A stretch of 32,000 nt of DNA from an uncultured Candidatus Neoarthromitus sp. (lineage in GTDB: Bacteria; Bacillota; Clostridia; Clostridiales; Clostridiaceae): assembly GCA_937890765.1 (NCBI GenBank), contig CALADQ010000026.1, positions 131,368 through 163,367 on the forward strand. Reading direction: 5' to 3'. Positions 8,740-18,662 of the stretch are shown in pieces. How positions within the stretch are numbered: position 1 is the stretch's first letter; every line of letters starts with the position of its first letter. A program made the translations under genes and the position numbers. The notes below the pieces were generated by a model, which did not search any database, had not been told where the DNA came from, and saw nothing but the letters and a program-made list of their open reading frames with translations.

Positions 8740-9516
8740 TTAAATAAATTTATCTATAACAATTTTAATTTTATTTTTAGCTGTATGTCCCAAGCTCTCT
8801 CTAATTTTAAATTTTCCATAGCCACCTATGACAACTATATCATTTTCACAAACTTTAGCATCAATCTCAACACAAGACAAGCCATTTAATTTAATTTTTC
8901 CAGCCCTAACTAAATCTTTAGCTCGTTCTCTAGAAAGATTCGTTAAAACAGAAACAACACTATCAACCCTGAGCGATGCCACAACCTTACATAAAACTTC
9001 AAACCTTTTTTGAGGCAACCTATTAAACAATTCAAGACTAACACTAACAGGTACATTTTTAACTTTTTTTAAATTATGAATAACGTAATCTGCAAAACCT
9101 ATAACGACAGGAACATAAGCACAATTCCCATCTAAAACTAAATCACCTATTTTTTCTCGAGTAAACCCCAAAGACATAATGCTCCCCAAAAAATCTCTAT
9201 GAAACAGCTTGTTAAACTTATCATTGTAAGAAATTTTTAAAACTCTAGCCTCATCATCAAAAACCGAAACATCCTTAAAATCTACACCAAAAGCAATCAA
9301 ACATCGTTCAAAATCATCTGAAAAACCATAAGAATAAACATCAACTTCGAGATTATTGCAATGCTTGTACAACAAACTGTAAGTCGAGAAAGAATAAAAC
9401 TCTTTTGTAACTACAAACCTACCAGTTGTCAATGCAACACAATACAAAGAATACAACTTCTCTAAATTTTCTTCTCCATTCTTAAAAATTTTTAGAAAAT
9501 CATTTTTTTCAATCAA
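8740..9516 (-). CDS. ylmH: YlmH-like S4-domain RNA-binding protein
   Basis: 258 aa with a C-terminal S4 domain (LRVDSVVSVLTNLSRERAKDLVRAGKIKLNG). It occupies the conserved position between sepF and divIVA. Confidence 0.8.
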   Translation of the reverse strand: MIEKNDFLKIFKNGEENLEKLYSLYCVALTTGRFVVTKEFYSFSTYSLLYKHCNNLEVDVYSYGFSDDFERCLIAFGVDFKDVSVFDDEARVLKISYNDKFNKLFHRDFLGSIMSLGFTREKIGDLVLDGNCAYVPVVIGFADYVIHNLKKVKNVPVSVSLELFNRLPQKRFEVLCKVVASLRVDSVVSVLTNLSRERAKDLVRAGKIKLNGLSCVEIDAKVCENDIVVIGGYGKFKIRESLGHTAKNKIKIVIDKFI

Positions 9517-9519
9517 TTC

Positions 9520-9993
9520 TTACTTAGCCCAACTAAACAAACTACTTTTAGTTTGAATTTCCTTTTTAAGCTCATTTGTAACTTCAACATTTGAAGGAGC
9601 CAATATGTAAATAGATTTTTCCACTTCTTGAAACTCAGCATCAAGTGCATAGCTAGCACCACACAAAAAATCCACAGTCCTCTGCGCAACTTTAGGATCC
9701 AAAATCGTCGCATTAACAATAACAATTTTTCTATTTTTTAAATCATCACATATACCCAAAACTTCTTCATAAGCAACAGGTTTTATTATAGTCATCTTAG
9801 CAATATTAGCACCTGCATGTAAATTAACAACTTTTCCATTACTGTTCGAATTTTCAACCTTAGCCACTTGTTTATTCATTGAAAAAGTCTCATCCAAAAT
9901 TTTTTCATTTTCCTCACTTTCAAAAGCGTCTTCGTACTCATCTTTCAAACCAAAAAAGCCCCAAACTTTTTCAGCCGCATTCTTTAAAGCCAT
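9520..9993 (-). CDS. sepF: Cell division protein SepF (paralog 2)
   Basis: 157 aa. N-terminal KVWGFFGLKD and core MTIIKPVAYEEVLGICDDLKNRKIVIVNATILD...RTVDFLCGASYALDAEFQEVEKSIYILAP. GGGGGAAGGTAGGA SD region upstream. Confidence 0.9.
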   Translation of the reverse strand: MALKNAAEKVWGFFGLKDEYEDAFESEENEKILDETFSMNKQVAKVENSNSNGKVVNLHAGANIAKMTIIKPVAYEEVLGICDDLKNRKIVIVNATILDPKVAQRTVDFLCGASYALDAEFQEVEKSIYILAPSNVEVTNELKKEIQTKSSLFSWAK

Positions 9994-10098
9994 AATTTTA
10001 TCCTACCTTCCCCCATAATATCAAAATTCAATCCGTTACGTTAGAGTATTCTGCACAAATTTACTATTTCCTTCTTTAAAAATTTATTATTTTGAAAA

Positions 10099-10893
10099 TT
10101 ATTCTAAAGAAAGAACTGGATGCCCCTTTGCTCTCACATCAATATAGCCTTGCATACTTTGAAATTTAGGATTTGAATTAATCACGTTAATTGCTATGTT
10201 TAATTTTTGCCTTAAATCAGAATTATTTCCAATATTTATTTTTATATCTTTATAACCAAGAACAACATTGTACACATTACTAAAATCTATATAATCAAAA
10301 TGTATATCACTATTATTCAAATCAAATAATTCACTTAAATTTTTCATCCATTGTACTTCTCTACTACTTGCATCAAATAATCTCTCACCTATCTCTAAAT
10401 CACTTGGTAACTTAACTTTAGTAATTTCAAGTACATTATCTTGTTTGTAATCCAAAATGTCCACAAGAATGGCATCTCTATCAAATACATAATATTTATT
10501 ATTTGAATAAATATAGTAATCAATGTTCTTCTCATCAATATACAAATTTAAAGTATTTGGAAGCTTTTTTGTATATTTTATATTTCTAACGTATTTATTA
10601 GATTTTAACGAATCCAAATCCTTATCTATTGAATAAAATAATAAATTTTTATGATAAACTCCATTTAATTCTTGTAAAATGTACTCTTCTTCCAAAAATT
10701 TATTTCCAAATAATTTTATATTTTTGATACTAAAAATAGATGAGTTTACAAAAACTAATAAAAATATTACAAATATAAAGAAAATGAAAATCATCCTTCT
10801 AAGAAAAAAAATTCTTCGTCTTCTTATCAATTTATTTTTATTTAACTTTTTAAAATTATCTTTATTATCCAAAATGTACCTCTTAATTACCAT
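10099..10893 (-). CDS. ftsQ: Cell division protein FtsQ/DivIB
   Basis: 264 aa: basic N-terminus, one TM segment (IFIFFIFVIFLLVFV), then a POTRA-like segment (IKNIKLFGNKFLEEEYILQEL). It lies in the dcw cluster and its ATG overlaps the ftsW stop (7-nt overlap). Confidence 0.8.
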   Translation of the reverse strand: MVIKRYILDNKDNFKKLNKNKLIRRRRIFFLRRMIFIFFIFVIFLLVFVNSSIFSIKNIKLFGNKFLEEEYILQELNGVYHKNLLFYSIDKDLDSLKSNKYVRNIKYTKKLPNTLNLYIDEKNIDYYIYSNNKYYVFDRDAILVDILDYKQDNVLEITKVKLPSDLEIGERLFDASSREVQWMKNLSELFDLNNSDIHFDYIDFSNVYNVVLGYKDIKINIGNNSDLRQKLNIAINVINSNPKFQSMQGYIDVRAKGHPVLSLE

Positions 10894-12044
10894 TTAGCTC
10901 TATTTTTAGAAACATTTAGAAGTATACCAATAGCCGTCATGTTAAAAAGCAATGACGAACCACCATAACTTATAAAGGGTAATGGAACACCAGTAACTGG
11001 CATAGTACCAGTGACAACCGCTAAATTTATTATCACTTGAATAGCTATCACCGAAGTTATTCCCATAGCAATTAAAGTTCCAAATGTATCTTTACATTTT
11101 ATAGATATTATAACACCTCTCCAAATCAAAATCATGAATAAAAGAATTAATAACATTCCACCTAAAAAACCAGTTTCTTCACCTATTATTGAAAAAATAA
11201 AATCGTTATGTGGTTCTGGTAAATAATAAGCTTTCTGCCTTGACATACCGAAACCTAAACCTAAAAATCCTCCAGAACCTAAAGCTAAAAGAGACTGTAT
11301 TAATTGATATCCATCACCTTTAGGATCTGCCCATGGATTTAAAAAACTCATTAATCTTTTTAATCTATATGGTGCCATTAAAATTAATGAAATTCCTAAA
11401 ACTAAACCAGAACCTCCTAATGCTAACAAATGTCTTTTTCTTGCTCCAGAAATAGTTATCAATATAAATGCAGTAAACATTATTACTGAAGTTATACTTA
11501 AATTTTTCTCTGCTAAAACAAGTCCTGCAAATATACTTGCAACTGTCAAAGCTGGAAATACTCCTCTCCAAAAACTTTTTATCTCATCACCTTTCTTATC
11601 CAAAACCCTAGCTAAATATATTACAATCACATATTTAGCTAACTCAGAAGGTTGTAAAGATAAAGGCCCAAATCTTATCCATCTTCGTGCACCATTTATA
11701 GGTGGAAATATAAATACTAGCAATAAAAGTCCTACTGTTATGAGTATCAATATGGTAACAAGCCTACCATTTTTAAATCTATAATAGTTCCAATTCATAA
11801 AAAAGAATAAAGAGAATCCACCAATTAGTATAAAAAGTAATTGCTTTTTTAAATAAGACATACTATCTTGAATTTCATTAGCTGCTCTATACGAACTAGC
11901 ACTATAAATCATTATAGCACCTATGGCAACAAGTAATATTACCGTATAAAAAAGAACATAATCAATCTCACCATTAACTTTATTTAACCTTGAAATCCTA
12001 GAAAATCTAGTTTTTCCACTTAATTCTGTTTCTTTATTTTCCAT
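10887..12044 (-). CDS. ftsW: SEDS-family peptidoglycan glycosyltransferase FtsW
   Basis: 385 aa, polytopic. SEDS motifs are RWIRFGPLSLQPSELAK, PEPHNDFIFSIIGEETGFLG and PLPFISYGGSS. The position after mraY favours FtsW (or SpoVE) over RodA. Confidence 0.85.
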   Translation of the reverse strand: MENKETELSGKTRFSRISRLNKVNGEIDYVLFYTVILLVAIGAIMIYSASSYRAANEIQDSMSYLKKQLLFILIGGFSLFFFMNWNYYRFKNGRLVTILILITVGLLLLVFIFPPINGARRWIRFGPLSLQPSELAKYVIVIYLARVLDKKGDEIKSFWRGVFPALTVASIFAGLVLAEKNLSITSVIMFTAFILITISGARKRHLLALGGSGLVLGISLILMAPYRLKRLMSFLNPWADPKGDGYQLIQSLLALGSGGFLGLGFGMSRQKAYYLPEPHNDFIFSIIGEETGFLGGMLLILLFMILIWRGVIISIKCKDTFGTLIAMGITSVIAIQVIINLAVVTGTMPVTGVPLPFISYGGSSLLFNMTAIGILLNVSKNRAKW

Positions 12045-12059
12045 AAAAATTTATTCCTT

Positions 12060-13046
12060 TCATAGAAGTAAAAAAGATACACCACAAGCAATTAAAGTAA
12101 CAGCTCCAAAAACATACACAATTTTATTTTCACTCCAACCTAAATGTTCGAAATGATGGTGTATTGGTGCCATTTTAAAAACTCTCTTCTTAGTTAATTT
12201 GTAAAATAAAACTTGTATAATAACAGATAGAGTTTCAATAACGTAAACAATTCCTGCAATTATCAAAACAAATTCTATTTTCAACAAAAAAGCTGCAGCT
12301 GCCACTGCTCCCCCTAAAGCTAATGAACCTGTATCTCCCATAAAAATTCTAGCTGGATTTATATTAAAAATCAAAAATGCTAATAATGATCCAACTAATA
12401 TAAATGCAAATATTGCAACATCAACTTGTCCAAATATAAATCCTACAAAAAACAAAAATAACAAAACAATAATTGTCACCGTAACAGCTAATCCATCTAA
12501 ACCATCTGTCAAGTTAACAGCATTTGTAGTTCCTGTAAAATAAATAAACAAAAAAGGCAAGTACATGTAAGCTAAATCAATATTTATATTTAAAATTGGT
12601 ATATAAAGTTTTGTTCCTCTAACATCTTTTGTGAAAAAATATATTATCAATGTTACAATCGTCAACAAAATCATTTTTTGGTAAGCTCTAAGCCCCAAAT
12701 TATTTTTCTTTCTAATTTTTAAAAAATCATCAAGAAAACCTATAAACCCAAACAACAAAAATATCACAAGAATATAAATCGCATTGTTATTAAAATTTTT
12801 TTCATAGAATATTGAATACAAAATCGTAACTATAGTTGTAGAAATTATAAATATTAATCCTCCTATAGTTGGCGTTCCTTGTTTTTTTATATGACTTTTA
12901 GGTCCTTCTTCTCTTATGCTTTGCCCATATTTCATTTTGTGCAAAAATGGAATTAAAATTTTCCCAAGTAAATACGCCAAAACAAACGAAAGCAAAAGAG
13001 GAATAAATATATCAAGTGCTATTCTCATATTCCTCCCTAAATTCAA
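12060..13046 (-). CDS. mraY: Phospho-N-acetylmuramoyl-pentapeptide transferase MraY
   Basis: 328 aa, polytopic. Motifs include NAVNLTDGLDGLA, FMGDTGSLALGG and APIHHHFE. Confidence 0.95.
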   Translation of the reverse strand: MNLGRNMRIALDIFIPLLLSFVLAYLLGKILIPFLHKMKYGQSIREEGPKSHIKKQGTPTIGGLIFIISTTIVTILYSIFYEKNFNNNAIYILVIFLLFGFIGFLDDFLKIRKKNNLGLRAYQKMILLTIVTLIIYFFTKDVRGTKLYIPILNINIDLAYMYLPFLFIYFTGTTNAVNLTDGLDGLAVTVTIIVLLFLFFVGFIFGQVDVAIFAFILVGSLLAFLIFNINPARIFMGDTGSLALGGAVAAAAFLLKIEFVLIIAGIVYVIETLSVIIQVLFYKLTKKRVFKMAPIHHHFEHLGWSENKIVYVFGAVTLIACGVSFLLL

Positions 13047-13073
13047 TATTGAATTAGAGTTCCTCCTTTTTAT

Positions 13074-14441
13074 TTAAAATTTATACATTAATATATTTAT
13101 AATCTTTTCAAATTTTGAAGAACGCGACGCTTTAATCAATACATTTTCATTTCCGTTAAGTATCTTTTCAATATTTGATTCAAAATCTTCAAAATCTTCA
13201 AAACAAAAACAATTATCTTTAGCTTTAAATCCATTATAATAAAAATTTTTAAATTTCCCTATTGCTATAAGTTTATCTATTTTACCATTTGAATATTTCG
13301 CAACTTCCTCATGGTAAAATCTCGAATTCTCACCAAGCTCCAACATATCACCAAATATACAAACTTTTTCACCATCATACAAATTTAAAACATCAATTCC
13401 ACTTTTCATAGAACTTGGACTTGCGTTATAACAATCATTTATTAAAGTCATTTGGTTATGTTTAAAAATTTCTTGTCTCATCGACGAAATACATAAATTA
13501 TTAAACTTTTTCCTCATTAAGTCCATTGGAACTTTTAAAATTTCACAAATTTTTAGAACAATTACAGAATTTAAAATATTGTGCATGCCAACAATTTTTA
13601 TAGAAACCTTTTCATCTAAATTTAAATATGTACATTTAAATTCCACACTATCTAAATTAATTTTAATTTCACGTGCTCCAAAATCACAATTATCTCCTAT
13701 TCCAACTCTAAATATTTTAAATTTATTTTCAAAATCACAATTTTTCAACGCAAAATCTTCATTATTTAAAATTAAAATATCTTCTTCACCAAAATAATTT
13801 ACGATTTCACATTTAGCTTTCAAAATGTTCTCTTGCGTTTCCAAAAATTCAATGTGACTAACTCCTATATTAGTTATCACAGCTATGTTAGGTTTTAAAA
13901 TTCTGGAAAGATAATCAATTTCTCCAAGATTACTCATTCCTAATTCAAAAATTCCAACTTCAGCATCGTCACTAATATTTATTAAAGAAATTGGCATTCC
14001 CAAATGATTATTAAAATTTCCAGGATTTTTATAAACTTTGTACTTACAACTCAAAAAATCAAATATTAAATCTTTTGTGGTAGTCTTTCCAACAGAACCA
14101 GTAACCCCAATAATATCAATATCAAGTTTACTTCTAACCAAAATCGATAACTTTTCCAACGCTATCAAAGTATTTTCAACAAATATTATTGAAACATCAA
14201 ACTTTTTTAGTTCATCACAATCAAAAATTTTTTTGTCTATTATACACAGTTTCACATTTTTCTTTATCGCATCAATCACATATTTGTTCCCATCAAAATT
14301 TTTTCCACTAATCGCTAAAAAAATTTGTTCGTCTGAAATTTTTCTGGTGTCTATAGAAATTCCATTCAAAAATTTTTTACTTCCTTCAACTATTAAATCT
14401 CCATCGACACAATCTAAAATTTCATTTAAATTTAATGTCAT
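13074..14441 (-). CDS. murF: UDP-MurNAc-tripeptide--D-Ala-D-Ala ligase MurF
   Basis: 455 aa. Mur ligase P-loop GVTGSVGKTTTKD, with DCYNASPSSM in the C-terminal domain. dcw context. Confidence 0.9.
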   Translation of the reverse strand: MTLNLNEILDCVDGDLIVEGSKKFLNGISIDTRKISDEQIFLAISGKNFDGNKYVIDAIKKNVKLCIIDKKIFDCDELKKFDVSIIFVENTLIALEKLSILVRSKLDIDIIGVTGSVGKTTTKDLIFDFLSCKYKVYKNPGNFNNHLGMPISLINISDDAEVGIFELGMSNLGEIDYLSRILKPNIAVITNIGVSHIEFLETQENILKAKCEIVNYFGEEDILILNNEDFALKNCDFENKFKIFRVGIGDNCDFGAREIKINLDSVEFKCTYLNLDEKVSIKIVGMHNILNSVIVLKICEILKVPMDLMRKKFNNLCISSMRQEIFKHNQMTLINDCYNASPSSMKSGIDVLNLYDGEKVCIFGDMLELGENSRFYHEEVAKYSNGKIDKLIAIGKFKNFYYNGFKAKDNCFCFEDFEDFESNIEKILNGNENVLIKASRSSKFEKIINILMYKF

Positions 14442-14446
14442 TTAAA

Positions 14447-15931
14447 TCACACCTTTTTGAAATATGATTGATTTTCTTCATTTAAAATTTCATCAATTAT
14501 TTCACGCTCATCAAAATGAATAATTTTATCTTTAAGTATTTGATAATCTTCATGGCCTTTGCCCGCTATCAAAATTATATCATTTGGAATTCTATTTTTT
14601 ATAGATTTTTTTATAGCATCAAATCTATTAACGATAACTTCGTAATTAGATTTTTTAATTCCTGAAACAATATCTTCAATAATTTCTTCTGGATCTTCAC
14701 TTCGTGGATTATCAGAAGTTATATAAACATAATCACTTAATTGCGTTGCGATGTGGCCGATTAAGGGACGTTTAATTTTATCTCTGTCTCCACCACACCC
14801 AACTAAACAAATAAGTCTTCCTTTAGAAATTTTTCTCAAGGTATTCAAACAATTTTCTAAACCATCAGGGGTATGAGCGTAATCAAGATATATATGGCTA
14901 TTTAAATTATACCTTTTCGAAACATTTTCTAAACGACCAATTACAAATACATTTTTCAAACTTTCAGCTATAACATTTATTGCAATCCCTTCATTCATGG
15001 CTATTATTATAGCTGGTAAAGCATTATAGATATTAAATTTTCCAACTAGATTATAGAAAAATTCATAATAATGTCCTTGCTTATCATTAAATTTAAATTT
15101 TGTTTCGCTACTTTCAAAATTCAAATCGCTCGCATAAAAATCACTCAACAAATTTTCAATTCCATATGTAATCACATTACTTTTCATAGCATCTATAATT
15201 TTTTTACCGTAAGAATCATCGTAATTTATAATTTTTATTTTGCTGTTTTCAAACAATTTGAATTTAGCATTAAAATAATCCGAAAAATTTTTATGGAAAT
15301 CCAAATGATCTTGAGTTAAATTTGTAAAAATTCCATAATCAAAATTTATTCCATAAACTCTATCCAACTCCAAAGCGTGCGATGAAACTTCCATAAAACA
15401 ATACTCCACTTTTTTGTTAGCCATTTCAGAAAAAATTTTATTGAGCTGCAAGGCACCAGGAGTTGTTCTTTCTGATTTTATTTTTTCATCATTTATGAAA
15501 TTATTAACCGTGCCTATGAGCCCCGTTTTAAATCCCGCATTACTAAAAATTTCTCTCAAAATGAAAGTTGTTGTTGTTTTTCCATTTGTACCTGTAACGC
15601 CTATAAGCTTAAAATTTTTGTAGGATTTCCCATAAAAATTTATTGACGCTATTGATAAAGCTTTTCTTGTATCCTCAACAACTACAAAAGTACAATTGAA
15701 ATTTTCACGAATTTTATTTTCAAAATCTTCATTCACAACAATGACTTTCGCACCTTTACTTAAAACCAAATCTATAAAATTATGCCCATCGAAATTGTAT
15801 CCTTTTATACAAAAGAACACATCATCCTCTTCAACTTCATTTGTATTGTCGGTGATTTTGTTGATTGAAAAATTTTCATTTTCAAAAACAAATTTATATT
15901 TAATTCCTTCAAACAATTTATGTAAATTCAT
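14447..15931 (-). CDS. murE: UDP-MurNAc-L-Ala-D-Glu--2,6-diaminopimelate ligase MurE
   Basis: 494 aa. P-loop GVTGTNGKTTTTF. The ITSDNPRSEDP segment carries the DNPR motif associated with meso-DAP-adding MurE enzymes. Confidence 0.9.
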   Translation of the reverse strand: MNLHKLFEGIKYKFVFENENFSINKITDNTNEVEEDDVFFCIKGYNFDGHNFIDLVLSKGAKVIVVNEDFENKIRENFNCTFVVVEDTRKALSIASINFYGKSYKNFKLIGVTGTNGKTTTTFILREIFSNAGFKTGLIGTVNNFINDEKIKSERTTPGALQLNKIFSEMANKKVEYCFMEVSSHALELDRVYGINFDYGIFTNLTQDHLDFHKNFSDYFNAKFKLFENSKIKIINYDDSYGKKIIDAMKSNVITYGIENLLSDFYASDLNFESSETKFKFNDKQGHYYEFFYNLVGKFNIYNALPAIIIAMNEGIAINVIAESLKNVFVIGRLENVSKRYNLNSHIYLDYAHTPDGLENCLNTLRKISKGRLICLVGCGGDRDKIKRPLIGHIATQLSDYVYITSDNPRSEDPEEIIEDIVSGIKKSNYEVIVNRFDAIKKSIKNRIPNDIILIAGKGHEDYQILKDKIIHFDEREIIDEILNEENQSYFKKV

Positions 15932-15984
15932 TTAAGCCTCCCAATTTTAGAAATTAAAGAAGGACAATAATCCAACTTTATTTT

Positions 15985-18171
15985 CTAATGAACATCTTTC
16001 ACACTAAAAGTCAATTCCACAGTGTCACCACGCTGAATTATTTTTCCAACATCAACACTTTGATTAACCAAAAGTCCTTCGCCCTCAACTTTATATTTAA
16101 GCCCTATACTTTCAAGAATTTCTATAGCACCTTGCTTGCTATATCCATATAAGTCTGGCATCAAAACTTGTTTGTCAATTTGACCTGAATCGCCTTTATA
16201 AATAATTATTTTTGTACCTTCCTTAACTGAGTATCCTGGTTTTGGAGTCATGTCAACTATTTTTTCTCCATCACCAACCATTTCATAATCAAGATTCAAA
16301 TCTTTCAATTTATGTTGGCCATCTTCAACTTTTAAATCTCTTATTTCCGGTATGATAACATCTTTCAAAAGACTTCTTCTAACATCTTCATCACTTGATG
16401 AAATATCAATAGAAAGATAATTGAACAAATCTGAAAATAATTGTCGAGCAACTGGAGTAGTAATTACTCCTGCATAATATTCCCCTGCTGAAGGTTCATC
16501 AATTGAAATAAACACACTAACTTTTGGGTCATGTGCAGGAGCAAAACCTACAAATGAAGAAATATATTTTCCTGCACCATAAGTTCCTGTTTCAGGATCG
16601 ACTTTTTGAGCAGTTCCAGTTTTACCAGCTATTTCATAACCTTCAATAAAAGCTCTTCCAGCTGAACCTTCAGAAACAACTTTTTCCAATAATTCTCTCA
16701 TAAGTTTAGCGCCTTGCTCACTTGCAACTCTTCTTTCTCCATAATTATCAAATTTTTTATCGACAACATAATTAAACTCATCATCATAATAAGAAATTTC
16801 TTTTAACAAATGTGGTCTAACCCAAACTCCATCATTAGCAATAGCATTTACAGCTGTAAGAATTTGAATTGGCGTTGATGCGTTTGTCTGTCCAAAAGAA
16901 ATTGTTGCCAAATCCACAGAAGAAATATTTTCAGTTTTCTTAATTATTCCTTTTGCTTCCCCTGGCAAATCCAATTGGGTTTTTTCACCAAAACCAAATT
17001 TCTTTATGTATTTGTTTAAAGTTTCAGCTCCTAAACGTTCACCAATTTCCATAAAACCAACATTGCAAGAATTTTGAAGAATTTGTGCAAAATTCTGTGT
17101 ACCATGACCTGTTCTTTTCCAACAGTGAATAATTCTCCCACCAACTTCCTTATGTCCATCACAAACAAAACTATCTTTATCAGATATTATTCCTTCTTCG
17201 ATAGCAGCAATAGAAGTAATAATTTTAAAAATAGAACCAGGCTCATAAATATCGTTAACAGATCTATTTCTCCAAAGTTTTTGAAGCTCATCATAAGTTG
17301 CAACTTCATCCCTAACTGTATTTGGATTAAAATCAGGCTTATTAACCATAGCAAGAATTTCTCCATTTTCAGGATTCGTTACTATTATTGAAACAGCTTT
17401 AGCCTTATTATCTATTAAAGCCTGGTTAGCTGCCTTCTCTGCAAAAAATTGAATTTTTTCATCTATTGTTAAAACAACATTTTTACCATCAATAGGATCT
17501 ATGTACTCACTTATTGAATAAGGCAAATCTCTTGATTTAGCATCAAGCTCAACAATTCTAAATCCATCTACGCCTGTAAGCTCATCATCATAAATAAGTT
17601 CGATTCCTGTTAATCCTTTTCCGTCAATATCAGTGGAACCCAAAACGTGAGAAAGATAAGAGTTATTTGGATAATATCTTTTTGTGTCTGGAGAAATTAT
17701 TACTCCCGAAATTTTTAAATCTTTTATCTTATCAACTTTACTCTTCTCAACTCTTCTTATTAAATAAGCAGAGCCAGCTGGATTACCTTTACTGTCTTTT
17801 GTATTTAAAACTTTTAAAACTTTCTCCACATTCATATCTAAAGCTTCTGCTATTTTAACAGCTATGTCTTCATAAGTCATAGAATTTTTTTCAAGATACT
17901 CTCTTATTGTTTTAAGATCTAAATCAACTCTATAAACATTTGCACTAACAGCAAGTTCTTTCAAATTTCTATCTAATATTGAGCCTCTTCTCGCTTGAAT
18001 TTTTACTGAACTGGTCCATTGGTCTTCTGCAATCGCATAATATTCCTCGCCCTTTATAATCATAACTTTAAACAAATTAACGACAATTGCAAATATGAAA
18101 ATATAAAATATAAACATCGTTACAAGAGCTCGCTTTTTGGTTAAAAATTTATCCGTAAATTTTTGTTTCAT
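15985..18171 (-). CDS. Class B penicillin-binding protein (FtsI/PBP2B/SpoVD-like) with two C-terminal PASTA repeats
   Basis: 728 aa with an N-terminal TM segment. Transpeptidase motifs are GSIFK (SxxK), NSCN (SxN) and GKTGTA (KTG). The C-terminal ~130 aa form two PASTA-like repeats (...IPEIRDLKVEDGQHKLKDLNL... and ...MPDLYGYSKQGAIEILESIGL...). Confidence 0.9.
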   Translation of the reverse strand: MKQKFTDKFLTKKRALVTMFIFYIFIFAIVVNLFKVMIIKGEEYYAIAEDQWTSSVKIQARRGSILDRNLKELAVSANVYRVDLDLKTIREYLEKNSMTYEDIAVKIAEALDMNVEKVLKVLNTKDSKGNPAGSAYLIRRVEKSKVDKIKDLKISGVIISPDTKRYYPNNSYLSHVLGSTDIDGKGLTGIELIYDDELTGVDGFRIVELDAKSRDLPYSISEYIDPIDGKNVVLTIDEKIQFFAEKAANQALIDNKAKAVSIIVTNPENGEILAMVNKPDFNPNTVRDEVATYDELQKLWRNRSVNDIYEPGSIFKIITSIAAIEEGIISDKDSFVCDGHKEVGGRIIHCWKRTGHGTQNFAQILQNSCNVGFMEIGERLGAETLNKYIKKFGFGEKTQLDLPGEAKGIIKKTENISSVDLATISFGQTNASTPIQILTAVNAIANDGVWVRPHLLKEISYYDDEFNYVVDKKFDNYGERRVASEQGAKLMRELLEKVVSEGSAGRAFIEGYEIAGKTGTAQKVDPETGTYGAGKYISSFVGFAPAHDPKVSVFISIDEPSAGEYYAGVITTPVARQLFSDLFNYLSIDISSSDEDVRRSLLKDVIIPEIRDLKVEDGQHKLKDLNLDYEMVGDGEKIVDMTPKPGYSVKEGTKIIIYKGDSGQIDKQVLMPDLYGYSKQGAIEILESIGLKYKVEGEGLLVNQSVDVGKIIQRGDTVELTFSVKDVH

Positions 18172-18204
18172 GACACACCTCTTAAGAATATAAAACGACC
18201 AAAA

Positions 18205-18633
18205 TTATTTTTCCCTTTTAAATATACTATCATAAATTTTAAGGATAATTGGCTTTTTTGGTTTTTCTTGTGCCTCAATATCGAAATTATCTTTATTTAA
18301 ATCAACAAAAACTGAATCTCCAAGTTTTGAAGGAACCATATTTAATTTTTCAGCATACTCCATAACTTTATCAAAACCTTTAAGATTTAAAATATCAAGT
18401 TGTAAACTTTCGAGTTCCTGAGTGCTTTTATTTATTTTTCCCTTAATCTCAGTAACCTCTCTTTGTTTTTTATAAACATTCGAACTGCTTAAAACCATCA
18501 CTGCCCCACAAAAAATAAAACAAATGAACACGTAAAAGAAACTCCTTCTAATGTAAATATTAAAAGAATTTTTTTTTACTTCTATCACCTCTTTTTCTTC
18601 TGAATCTTCAAAAAAATTTTTATTTTTTTCCAT
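18205..18633 (-). CDS. ftsL: Cell division protein FtsL
   Basis: 142 aa: a single TM segment (FFYVFICFIFCGAVMVLSS), then a coiled-coil and EYAEKLNMVPS. It holds the conserved position between rsmH and the PBP gene. Confidence 0.75.
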   Translation of the reverse strand: MEKNKNFFEDSEEKEVIEVKKNSFNIYIRRSFFYVFICFIFCGAVMVLSSSNVYKKQREVTEIKGKINKSTQELESLQLDILNLKGFDKVMEYAEKLNMVPSKLGDSVFVDLNKDNFDIEAQEKPKKPIILKIYDSIFKREK

Positions 18634-18662
18634 ACTTATGCTTCCTTTTAGAATTTTATTAC

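Noticed and set aside
9513-9725. A 70-aa minus-strand ORF overlapping sepF copy 2 in another frame. The 68-aa ORF at 11365..11571 inside ftsW is a similar case.
   Set aside because: These are alternative frames of conserved genes, with no independent start signals and implausible composition.
14038-14445. A 135-aa plus-strand ORF, along with the other plus-strand ORFs in the track that lie inside minus-strand genes (4311..4508, 6741..6998, 7218..7412, 7641..7847, 8303..8506, 13579..13797, 15071..15935, 17074..17391, 23389..23655, 24418..24669, 25384..25701, 27106..27578 and others).
   Set aside because: All lie antisense to, or out of frame within, well-supported conserved genes. They have low-complexity S/F/I/L/K-rich translations typical of shadow frames in AT-rich DNA, and they lack SD sequences.
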